From positions 209,024-273,023 of the forward strand of contig CAIKRR010000014.1 in NCBI GenBank assembly GCA_903829815.1: a stretch of DNA of 64,000 nucleotides, written 5' to 3'. The stretch comes from an uncultured Pseudomonadota bacterium. GTDB taxonomy: Bacteria; Pseudomonadota; Gammaproteobacteria; Burkholderiales; SG8-39. Position 1 is the first letter of the stretch. Each line of letters starts with the position of its first letter. The position numbers and the translations under genes were made by a program. Of this stretch, positions 48,121-55,695 are shown in pieces. Below the pieces are notes generated by a model, which saw only the letters and a list, made by a program, of their open reading frames with translations, had not been told where the DNA came from and did not search any database.

Positions 48121-49813
48121 GCTCCGCAATCATCAGCGTCGGCGAATTGGTATTGCCCGAGCTGATGGTGGGCATCACCGACGCGTCCACCACGCGTAAC
48201 CGTTCGATGCCGCGCACCCGCAACTCGCTGTCGACCACCGCCAGTGGGTCGTCACGACGCCCCATGCGACAACTGCCGACCGGATGAAAGATGGTCGTTC
48301 CGACATCGCCCGCAGCTCGCTCGAGGTCAGCATCACTGACCAGGTGCGGGCCCGGCAGGAACTCCTCGGGGCGGTAGCGCGCGAGGGCACGACTTTCAGT
48401 CACGATCCGCCGCGTGAGCCGCAATGAATCGACGGCAACCCGACGATCTTCCGCCGTCGAGAGGTAGTTGAGCCTGATGGCGGGCGGCTCATGCGCATCG
48501 CTCGATCGCAGGCGCACGCTGCCGCGCGACGTCGGCTGCAGATTGCACACGCTCGCCGTGAACGCGGGGAACCGGTGCAGCGGTTCCCCGAAACGATCGA
48601 GTGACAGGGGCTGCACATGAAACTCGATATTCGGACGCACCTTCGAGGCATCGGACATCGCGAAGGCGCCCAGTTGCGATGGGGCCATGGCAAGCGGGCC
48701 GCTACGCGTCAGCGCATATTGCAATCCCATCCTCGCCTTGCCCCACCACGAATGCACCTGTTCATTGAGCGTCGGCACACCACTCACCTTGAACGCCATG
48801 CGCAGTTGCAGGTGATCCTGCAGATTGGCGCCCACCCCGGGCAGATCGTGCCGCAGATCGACACCGTGCGACTGCAGCACATCGCGCGGTCCGATGCCCG
48901 AGAGCTGCAGGATATGCGGGCTGCCGATGGCGCCGGCCGCAAGTACCGTCTCGGCGCGTGCAGCCGCCGAACGCACCACGCCATCCTGCTCGAAGACAAC
49001 ACCCGTACAGCGCGCCCCATCGAACTGCAGCTTGTGCACCAGGGCACCGGTGAGCACCGTCACATTGCCCCGGGCGATGGCAGGACGCAGGAACGCACGC
49101 GAGGCACTCCAGCGCACGCCGCGTCGCTGGTTCACTTCGAATCGTGCGACGCCGTGGTTGTTGCCGCGATTGAAGTCATCGGTGGCCGGTATGCCGAATT
49201 CGGTGGCTGCCTCGGTGAACGCATCCAGCAGTTTCCAGGAAAGCCTCTGCTTCTCCACGCGCCACCGACCCCCGCTGCCATGAAAGGCAGAGGCACCGCG
49301 CCAGTGGTCCTCGCTGCGCCGAAAGACCGGCAGCACGTTCTCCCACGACCAGCGACTGTCCCCCGTCACCGTCGCCCAGCCGTCGTAGTCCTCAGTCTGG
49401 CCACGCAGGTAGAGCATCGCATTGATCGATGAACAACCGCCCAGCACCCGGCCGCGCGCGTAATTGATCGAACGGCCATTGAGTCCGGCCTCGTCGACGG
49501 TACGAAAGCACCAGTCGGTGCGCGGATTGCCGATGCAATAGATGTAGCCCACCGGAATCTTCACCCAGATCCAGTCATCCGGAGGCCCGGCTTCGAGAAC
49601 GAGCACACGCACGGTCTGATCGGCCCCGAGCCGCTCGGCCATCACGCAACCGGCCGTGCCCGCCCCGATGATGATGTAGTCGAACTCACCGAGCCGCTGT
49701 GCTTCCGAGCCATCGGAAGAAGTATTGACGATCTGCACCACCGCTTGCCCCCAGTCAGACGAATCGACCCCGCTACGGCCCCGACCACTTGAATCGTGTT
49801 GCGCGCCGTTCAA
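48086..49813 (-). CDS. GMC-family FAD oxidoreductase (choline/alcohol dehydrogenase-like)
   Basis: Contains FDYIIIGAGTAGCVMAERL, GGCSSINAMLY and C-terminal PTISSGNTNSPTLMIAERAADL. In-frame GTGs at 49741 and 49738 are plausible shorter starts. Confidence 0.88.
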   Translation of the reverse strand: MNGAQHDSSGRGRSGVDSSDWGQAVVQIVNTSSDGSEAQRLGEFDYIIIGAGTAGCVMAERLGADQTVRVLVLEAGPPDDWIWVKIPVGYIYCIGNPRTDWCFRTVDEAGLNGRSINYARGRVLGGCSSINAMLYLRGQTEDYDGWATVTGDSRWSWENVLPVFRRSEDHWRGASAFHGSGGRWRVEKQRLSWKLLDAFTEAATEFGIPATDDFNRGNNHGVARFEVNQRRGVRWSASRAFLRPAIARGNVTVLTGALVHKLQFDGARCTGVVFEQDGVVRSAAARAETVLAAGAIGSPHILQLSGIGPRDVLQSHGVDLRHDLPGVGANLQDHLQLRMAFKVSGVPTLNEQVHSWWGKARMGLQYALTRSGPLAMAPSQLGAFAMSDASKVRPNIEFHVQPLSLDRFGEPLHRFPAFTASVCNLQPTSRGSVRLRSSDAHEPPAIRLNYLSTAEDRRVAVDSLRLTRRIVTESRALARYRPEEFLPGPHLVSDADLERAAGDVGTTIFHPVGSCRMGRRDDPLAVVDSELRVRGIERLRVVDASVMPTISSGNTNSPTLMIAERAADLMRGRQT

Positions 49814-49859
49814 GCAACCCGGTCACACCGTTGTACACCGCAGGGCACGACCGATGCCG

Positions 49860-49899
49860 ATGTCATCGCATTGCCATCATTCTGTCATCAGCGTGTCTC
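49860..49899 (+). promoter_or_regulatory. Tandem Pho-box-like array (four 7-nt repeats at 11-bp phasing)
   Basis: The sequence is aTGTCAT-cgca-TTGCCAT-catt-CTGTCAT-cagc-GTGTCTC. Matches to the CTGTCAT heptamer are 6/7, 5/7, 7/7 and 4/7. TGCAAT (49910..49915) lies 10 nt downstream as a possible -10, and the ATG is at 49942. Confidence 0.55.
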
Positions 49900-49941
49900 G
49901 CCCGAAAGGTGCAATACACCAACCCTTTCAGGCAAGGCTCG

Positions 49942-50748
49942 ATGAACGCGCGCGACACCCAATCGGAAGGCCTCATCCACCATCGTGCGATCTGGCTCTC
50001 GGACATTCACCTGGGCACCCGCGGCTGCCGCGCCGCCGATCTGCTGGAGTTTCTCCGGGTGCATGATGCCGATGTGATCTACCTGGTCGGCGACATCGTC
50101 GATGGCTGGCAGATCAAGCGCTCGTGGTACTGGCATCAGAGCCACAACGACGTGGTGCAGAAGATTCTGCGCAAGGCGCGCAAGGGTACCCGGGTGATCT
50201 ACGTCCCCGGCAACCACGACGAAGGCCTGCGCCACTTCACCGGCATGGACCTCGGACGCATCGAGATCGAACCCGAAGCCGTCCACACCACGCTCGATGG
50301 GCGTCGCTTGCTGGTCACCCACGGCGATCTCTTCGACGGAGTGATCCAGCGCGCGAAGTGGCTCGCCTATCTGGGCGACACCCTCTACATGCTGGCGCTC
50401 GAACTCAACCGGCACTTCAACCGCCTGCGGCAGCGCATGGGGCTGCCCTACTGGTCGCTCTCGCAGTACCTGAAACATCAGGTGAAAAATGCCGTCAGTT
50501 ACATCAGCGATTTCGAACAGGCCGTCGCCCACGAGGCGAAGCGCCGCGGTTTCGATGGCGTGGTGTGCGGCCATATCCACCAGCCGGCACTGCGCATGAT
50601 CGACGGCGTGCTGTACGCCAATGATGGCGACTGGGTCGAGAGCCTCACTGCGCTGGTTGAGACCACGTGCGGGGAACTGCAGATCGTACGGGCAGCCCCG
50701 ATCACCCATTCAGTGCCCGCAGCACGAGCGGCAGCAATGAGCGCCTGA
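49942..50748 (+). CDS. Calcineurin-like metallophosphoesterase, LpxH-related (PlcP-like phospholipase C candidate)
   Basis: Metallophosphoesterase motifs SDIHLG, GDIVDG, GNHDE, THGD and GHIHQP. GNHDE replaces the GNRD that I recall for bona fide LpxH. ATG at 49942. Confidence 0.8.
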   Translation: MNARDTQSEGLIHHRAIWLSDIHLGTRGCRAADLLEFLRVHDADVIYLVGDIVDGWQIKRSWYWHQSHNDVVQKILRKARKGTRVIYVPGNHDEGLRHFTGMDLGRIEIEPEAVHTTLDGRRLLVTHGDLFDGVIQRAKWLAYLGDTLYMLALELNRHFNRLRQRMGLPYWSLSQYLKHQVKNAVSYISDFEQAVAHEAKRRGFDGVVCGHIHQPALRMIDGVLYANDGDWVESLTALVETTCGELQIVRAAPITHSVPAARAAAMSA

Positions 50749-50813
50749 CTGCGAAGCAGCAAGGCGTGCATGACCGGCAGCGGGCATCAAGGCGCTCAAA
50801 CCGGACAAGCAAA

Positions 50814-50831
50814 GTGTAACGACCCTGTCAC
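50814..50831 (+). promoter_or_regulatory. Single Pho-box-like element upstream of the OlsB-like gene
   Basis: GTGTAAC-gacc-CTGTCAC has 7+4+7 architecture, and the second repeat matches CTGTCA(C/T). TACCAT (50842..50847) lies 10 nt downstream. The element is 58 nt before the ATG at 50889. Confidence 0.35.
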
Positions 50832-50888
50832 AAACCATCCCTACCATCGATCTGTTGGTGATGGATCGGGATCCACGCGAGAAGAGCC

Positions 50889-51731
50889 ATGCGGCACATG
50901 ACGGACCCAGGACTGCAAATGCGCCTGAACGAAAGCGGCACCGACCTGCGGATCGAGTTCGCTGCAACGCGTCAGGATCTGCTCGCAGCGCAGCGTCTGC
51001 GCTACCAGGTGTTTGCCGAGGAATTCGGTGCTGAATTCGATTGCCGGATTCCGGGCATCGACGCTGACATCTTCGATGCCTATTGCGATCATCTGCTGGT
51101 GCGAGATCGTCACAGTCTCGAAGTGGTGGGCACCTATCGCATGTTGCGTCCAGAGCAGGCGCGCGCGCTGGGCTGCTCATACGCCGACAGCGAGTTCGAT
51201 CTGAGCGGGCTTGCCGCCATGCGGCCCTGGATGGCTGAACTCGGTCGTTCCTGCGTTGCGCCGGGCTATCGAACCGGAGCCACCATACGACTGCTCTGGT
51301 CGGGGATCGGGCGCTTCATCCAGTCGCGCGGCTACCGTTACCTCATCGGTTGCGCAAGCGTGTCGACCCGCGATGGTGGCCATGTGGCTGCCAGCCTCTA
51401 CACCGCGCTCATGGGTCAACAGGCCGAGGGCGAAAGCTGGGGGGCGCGCCCTCACAAGCGACTGCCACTGGAAAACCTGCGTTGTGACCTGCCCACTGCC
51501 ACCCCGCCACTCATCAAGGGCTATCTGCGCTGCGGCGGGCGAATCATCGCCGAGCCTGCCTGGGACACCGACTTTGGCACGGCCGACTTCCTGATGATGC
51601 TCGACCTCGCGACGATGGCACCACGCTATGCACGGCACTTTTTCGGCGATGCGCCCCTTGGCTTGCAGGACCCTGCAGCAGTCATCCCGCGCGAGCCCTA
51701 CCTCGGCGAGCTGGAGCCGATCGCCGCATGA
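50889..51731 (+). CDS. GNAT-family N-acyltransferase, OlsB-like (ornithine/amino-acid lipid N-acyltransferase family)
   Basis: Contains AAQRLRYQVFAEEFGAE, CDHLLV, VGTYRML, SEFDL, ELGRSCVAPGYR, LIGCASV and PPLIKGYLRCGG, which together match the OlsB/hemolysin-like Acetyltransf_5 architecture. Alternative ATGs at 50898 and 50919. Confidence 0.78.
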   Translation: MRHMTDPGLQMRLNESGTDLRIEFAATRQDLLAAQRLRYQVFAEEFGAEFDCRIPGIDADIFDAYCDHLLVRDRHSLEVVGTYRMLRPEQARALGCSYADSEFDLSGLAAMRPWMAELGRSCVAPGYRTGATIRLLWSGIGRFIQSRGYRYLIGCASVSTRDGGHVAASLYTALMGQQAEGESWGARPHKRLPLENLRCDLPTATPPLIKGYLRCGGRIIAEPAWDTDFGTADFLMMLDLATMAPRYARHFFGDAPLGLQDPAAVIPREPYLGELEPIAA

Positions 51732-51788
51732 GAGCGGTCCAATGAATTCGGGCAAGCCACTCAAGGCGTTGCCAACCGGAGATCAAGC

Positions 51789-52502
51789 ATGAAACCGAGT
51801 GTGATCATCGTCGAGGATGACGCAGCGATTCGCGACCTGCTGCAATACAGCTTCGAGCGCGCCGGCTTTCGGGTACTACCTGCGGCTTCGGCGGAGCGAG
51901 CCCTCGAACTGTTGAAAGAGCGCCTGCCCACGGTGCTCGTGATCGACTGGATGCTGCCTGCGCTATCGGGTCTTGCGCTGGTGGAGAAGTTGCGTCGAAC
52001 GAGTCGTACCGCCGATCTGCCCCTGCTGATGCTGACCGCACGAGGCAGCGAGCAGGACCGCGTAGGCGGGCTCGAAGCGGGCGCCGACGACTACGTCGTC
52101 AAGCCTTTCAGTCCGAGCGAACTGATCGCACGGGTGAACGCACTGGTCAGGCGCCGCGCCCCTGAATTTGCCGGTGGCAGCATTACGCTGGGCGCACTCG
52201 AACTGGACAGCGATGCACGCACGGCCACCGTCGATGGCACTCGAGTTGCGCTGCGCCAGGTGGAGTTCAGGCTGCTCAAGCTTTTCATGGCACACCCCGA
52301 TCGGGTGTTCACCCGCAACGAACTGCTCGACCGTGTCTGGGGCGAGGACGTGTTCGTCGAGGAACGCACGGTCGATGTGCATATCCGGCGGGTTCGCCTC
52401 GCCCTGGGCAAGCCCTACCGCGACCTCATTTCGACGGTGCGTGGCGGCGGCTACAAGCTGGATCCTGCGATGCTCGAAGCCGCCGAGGCCAGCCTCGCCT
52501 GA
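51789..52502 (+). CDS. OmpR/PhoB-family response regulator (PhoB-like)
   Basis: Receiver domain (VEDD, VIDWMLPALSG, MLTARG, KPF) and winged-helix domain (VWGEDVFVEERTVDVHIRRVRLAL) closely follow the E. coli PhoB pattern. No histidine kinase gene is adjacent. Confidence 0.9.
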   Translation: MKPSVIIVEDDAAIRDLLQYSFERAGFRVLPAASAERALELLKERLPTVLVIDWMLPALSGLALVEKLRRTSRTADLPLLMLTARGSEQDRVGGLEAGADDYVVKPFSPSELIARVNALVRRRAPEFAGGSITLGALELDSDARTATVDGTRVALRQVEFRLLKLFMAHPDRVFTRNELLDRVWGEDVFVEERTVDVHIRRVRLALGKPYRDLISTVRGGGYKLDPAMLEAAEASLA

Positions 52503-52635
52503 AAATTCAAGGCCTGCCCCGCTCGCCAGGAAGCCCCGTCGCGGCGTTCAAAGTCCTCACCTCGATCGATCGGGGCTTGGGCCTGCGACTGATTGAATCC
52601 ATAATAGGGGCCACCCACTAGCGGAGACTGCCCTG

Positions 52636-53334
52636 ATGAATGGAATCGTGGTTCGCAACATACAGCGCGCCGATGCAAGCGTGGTCGAGAGTCTTGGCCG
52701 CTTTGGCGTCGCCACCATCCACGAAGCCCAGGGCCGCAGCGGGCTCATGAAGACCCATATGCGCCCCATCTACGAGGGCGCGCGCACCGTCGGAACGGCA
52801 ATCACGGTGCTCACGCATCCGGGAGACAACTGGATGCTGCATGTCGCCATCGAGCAGATTCGTCCCGGCGACGTCGTCGTGGCCGCCTGCTCGGCCGACA
52901 ACACCGATGGCATGTTCGGCGAATTGCTCGGCACCCAGTTCAAGACACACGGTGCACGCGGCCTGATCCTGGATGCAGGCTGCCGCGACGTCAGCGATCT
53001 GAAGAAGCTTGGCTTTCCGGTGTGGTCGCGTGCCATCTCGGCCAAGGGCACCGTCAAGTCGACGGTCGGCTCGGTAAACATTCCGGTGGTCTGCGCAGGC
53101 GCGCTCGTCAACCCGGGCGACGTGATCATCGCCGACGATGATGGCGTGGTCGTGGTGCCACGTGCCGATGCAGCACGCGTTGCTGCCGAAGCCGAAGCCC
53201 GTGAAGCCAAGGAAGCGATCGCGCGTGGGCACTACGCCGCCGGCGAACTGAGCCTGGACCTGAACAACATGCGCGAAGCCCTCGAGCGCGCCGGCCTGCG
53301 CTACGTCGACGATCTGCCTCACGGGGGTGCCTGA
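52636..53334 (+). CDS. RraA-fold 4-hydroxy-4-methyl-2-oxoglutarate / 4-carboxy-4-hydroxy-2-oxoadipate aldolase-like protein
   Basis: Contains VATIHEAQGR, GELLGTQFKTHGARGLILDAGCRD, and the LigK/GalC-type C-terminal extension. Confidence 0.85.
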   Translation: MNGIVVRNIQRADASVVESLGRFGVATIHEAQGRSGLMKTHMRPIYEGARTVGTAITVLTHPGDNWMLHVAIEQIRPGDVVVAACSADNTDGMFGELLGTQFKTHGARGLILDAGCRDVSDLKKLGFPVWSRAISAKGTVKSTVGSVNIPVVCAGALVNPGDVIIADDDGVVVVPRADAARVAAEAEAREAKEAIARGHYAAGELSLDLNNMREALERAGLRYVDDLPHGGA

Positions 53335-53353
53335 GCACCCGGGCGCGACGGCG

Positions 53354-54448
53354 ATGCTGCGTAGCGGAGACGCACGCCGGCGCGGTGTCGGTTTGCTGCG
53401 CCGGATCGCGCGCCTTGCGTGGGTCTCAGCGTTCTGCGCAGGCATCGTCCCGACCACAGCGCACGCCCAGAGCGGCACCACGGTCGGTACGGGTCTGAGC
53501 GCCGGCGCCAGTGCGGGTGTGGGTGTGGGTGCCAGCCCGGGTACCCCTGCAACATGGCCGCAGCGCCCGGTTCGCATCGTCGTTCCCTTCGATGCGGGCG
53601 GCATCGCCGACATCACGGCTCGCGTACTCGCCGAACGCCTCACCCAATCGACCGGCCAGCAGATCGTGGTCGAGAACAGGCCCGGCGCCGGGGGCGTCGT
53701 AGCCACCGAAACCGTGGTGAAGGCAGCCCCCGATGGCCACACGCTGCTTCTCATCAGCAACGGCAACGCGGTCAGTGCCACGCTCTTTCGCACGCTCCCC
53801 TACGACATCGTGCGTGACGTGGCACCGGTGTCGACGCTCGGATTCTTCGACATCGTCATTCTGGCCAATGGCGACTCCCGGTATGCCACCCTGGCCGACC
53901 TGCTCGCCGATGCGCGCGCGCGTCCGGGCAAGTTGAACGCCGGTACGATCAGCATCGGCAGCACCCAGAACCTGTCGGCAGAACTCTTCAAGTCGATGGC
54001 GGGCCTTGATCTGCAGACCATCCCCTTCAAGAGCACATCGGCGGTGGTCTCCGCCTTGCGCTCGGGCGATGTGCAGGTGGGCTTCGAACTGCTCGGGCCG
54101 GTCTATGCCCAAGTACGGGCCGGTGCCCTGCGGGTTCTTGCAGTGGCTTCGAATCGACGTTTTCCGGGGCTGCCTGCGGTGCCCACAGCCATCGAGGCAG
54201 GGCTTTCAGGCTACCAGGCCTCGTCATGGAATGGCATCGCGGCACCTGCGGCAACCCCGCGCGCCATCATCGACCGGATCGCAGCCGAGATGGCGCTTGC
54301 GCTGGCGGTGCCCGAGCTGCGGCAGCGCCTGTCGGACCTCGGGGTGGAAGCCCGCGCGAGCACGCCTGCCGCCCTGCACGAGTTGCTGGTGGCCGAGATC
54401 GCCAAGTGGAAGGCCGTCATCGAGCGCGCGCACATCGAACGGCAGTAA
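53354..54448 (+). CDS. Bug/TctC-family substrate-binding protein
   Basis: A signal peptide and a Gly/Ala/Ser/Val-rich linker precede PVRIVVPFDAGGIAD. Confidence 0.85.
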   Translation: MLRSGDARRRGVGLLRRIARLAWVSAFCAGIVPTTAHAQSGTTVGTGLSAGASAGVGVGASPGTPATWPQRPVRIVVPFDAGGIADITARVLAERLTQSTGQQIVVENRPGAGGVVATETVVKAAPDGHTLLLISNGNAVSATLFRTLPYDIVRDVAPVSTLGFFDIVILANGDSRYATLADLLADARARPGKLNAGTISIGSTQNLSAELFKSMAGLDLQTIPFKSTSAVVSALRSGDVQVGFELLGPVYAQVRAGALRVLAVASNRRFPGLPAVPTAIEAGLSGYQASSWNGIAAPAATPRAIIDRIAAEMALALAVPELRQRLSDLGVEARASTPAALHELLVAEIAKWKAVIERAHIERQ

Positions 54449-54483
54449 GGCACCTCACCTCTCCCTCCCCCGAGGCACTACTG

Positions 54484-55347
54484 ATGAAGCCCATCCCCGC
54501 CCCCGACCCCGCACCCATCAAGCCGCACACCGCGATGCCTGCGCTCGCCTGCGATGCCCATTGCCATATCTTCGGACCGGCCGCGCAGTTTCCCTTCTCG
54601 CCCACGCGACGCTACACGCCGCCCGATGCGCCCAAGGCGATGCTGCGTGCACTGCATGCGCATCTGGGCATCTCGCGCGTGGTGCTGGTGCAAGCCAGTT
54701 GCCACGGCCCCGACAACAGCGCCATGCTCGATGCCATCGCCGACTCGGACGGCGCCTACCGCGGCGTGGCGATGGTGAAGACCGACGTCACTGACCGCGA
54801 GCTGCAGTCCCTGCATGACGGTGGTGTGCGCGCGGTGCGATTCAACTTCGTGCAGCATCTGGGCGGCGCCCCCGACGTGCCTGCCGTGGAACGCGTCATC
54901 GAGCGTATCGCGCCCATGGGCTGGCATGTGGTGCTGCACCTCGATGCCGAAGACATCACCACCTACCGGGGTTTTCTCGACCGCCTGGCGGTGCCCTTCG
55001 TCATCGACCACATGGGTCGGGTCGATGCCTCGCAGGGTCTCGACCAACCCGCCTTCGTGCACCTGCTCGATCTGATGCGTGATGAGCGTGCCTGGGTCAA
55101 GGTGAGTGGCGGCGAGCGCATCTCACGCAGCGAGCGCCCGTTCACCGATGCCGTGCCTTACGCAGCAGCACTCATCAAGGCAGCCCCGGACCGAGTGCTG
55201 TGGGGCACCGACTGGCCACACCCGAACATCCGGGTGATGCCCAACGATGGCGAACTGGTCGACCTGTTTGCCCGCTACAGCGACGATGAGGCGGTGCGGC
55301 ACAAGGTACTGGTCGACAATCCGACCCGCCTGTACTGGGCTGACTGA
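54484..55347 (+). CDS. Amidohydrolase_2, LigI-like (2-pyrone-4,6-dicarboxylate hydrolase/lactonase family)
   Basis: Contains CDAHCHIFGP, VIDHMGR and WGTDWPHP, as in the LigI-type lactonase family. ATG at 54484. Confidence 0.8.
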   Translation: MKPIPAPDPAPIKPHTAMPALACDAHCHIFGPAAQFPFSPTRRYTPPDAPKAMLRALHAHLGISRVVLVQASCHGPDNSAMLDAIADSDGAYRGVAMVKTDVTDRELQSLHDGGVRAVRFNFVQHLGGAPDVPAVERVIERIAPMGWHVVLHLDAEDITTYRGFLDRLAVPFVIDHMGRVDASQGLDQPAFVHLLDLMRDERAWVKVSGGERISRSERPFTDAVPYAAALIKAAPDRVLWGTDWPHPNIRVMPNDGELVDLFARYSDDEAVRHKVLVDNPTRLYWAD

Positions 55348-55356
55348 AACGCCTGA

Positions 55357-55695
55357 TCAAGCCTCGGGCAAGCGCTCGTCGGGTGGCCCGATCTCGCTCA
55401 CCACATCGCGAATCCAGTCCTTGTTGCGCAAGGGCTCGATACGCATCTCGCGTGCTTCCAGGCGCGTGGTGCAGCCATACACCGTCTTGCCATCGACCAT
55501 CACCATGCATTCCTTGCAGGCATTGGCGTTGATGCAGGCAAAGCGCAGCGCAAGGGTGCGGTCGAAGTGCGAGCGGATGTAGCGCAGACCATCGAGCACC
55601 GAATTGCCCGACTCGAACGGCACCTCATACTGCTCGTAATGACCCTCCTCGGGGGGGGCGCCGCGCCAGACCTTCAATTGGGCAACCGACTTCAT
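55357..55695 (-). CDS. 2Fe-2S-only SdhB/FrdB-like iron-sulfur protein (truncated architecture)
   Basis: The 112-aa product aligns by eye to the N-terminal [2Fe-2S] domain of SdhB (LDGLRYIR...RFACINANACKECMVMVDGKTVYGC). It has no CxxCxxCxxxCP ferredoxin motifs. 4-nt overlap with the flavoprotein gene. Confidence 0.75.
   Translation of the reverse strand: MKSVAQLKVWRGAPPEEGHYEQYEVPFESGNSVLDGLRYIRSHFDRTLALRFACINANACKECMVMVDGKTVYGCTTRLEAREMRIEPLRNKDWIRDVVSEIGPPDERLPEA

Noticed and set aside
47760-48287. ORFs inside the repeat-rich LysR upstream region (47958..48287 plus strand, 47760..47978 and 47539..48066 minus strand)
   Set aside because: They start inside the palindromic repeat, which explains the mirror-image MIP... 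N-termini. They run antisense or out of frame into real genes, lack an SD and have no family resemblance.
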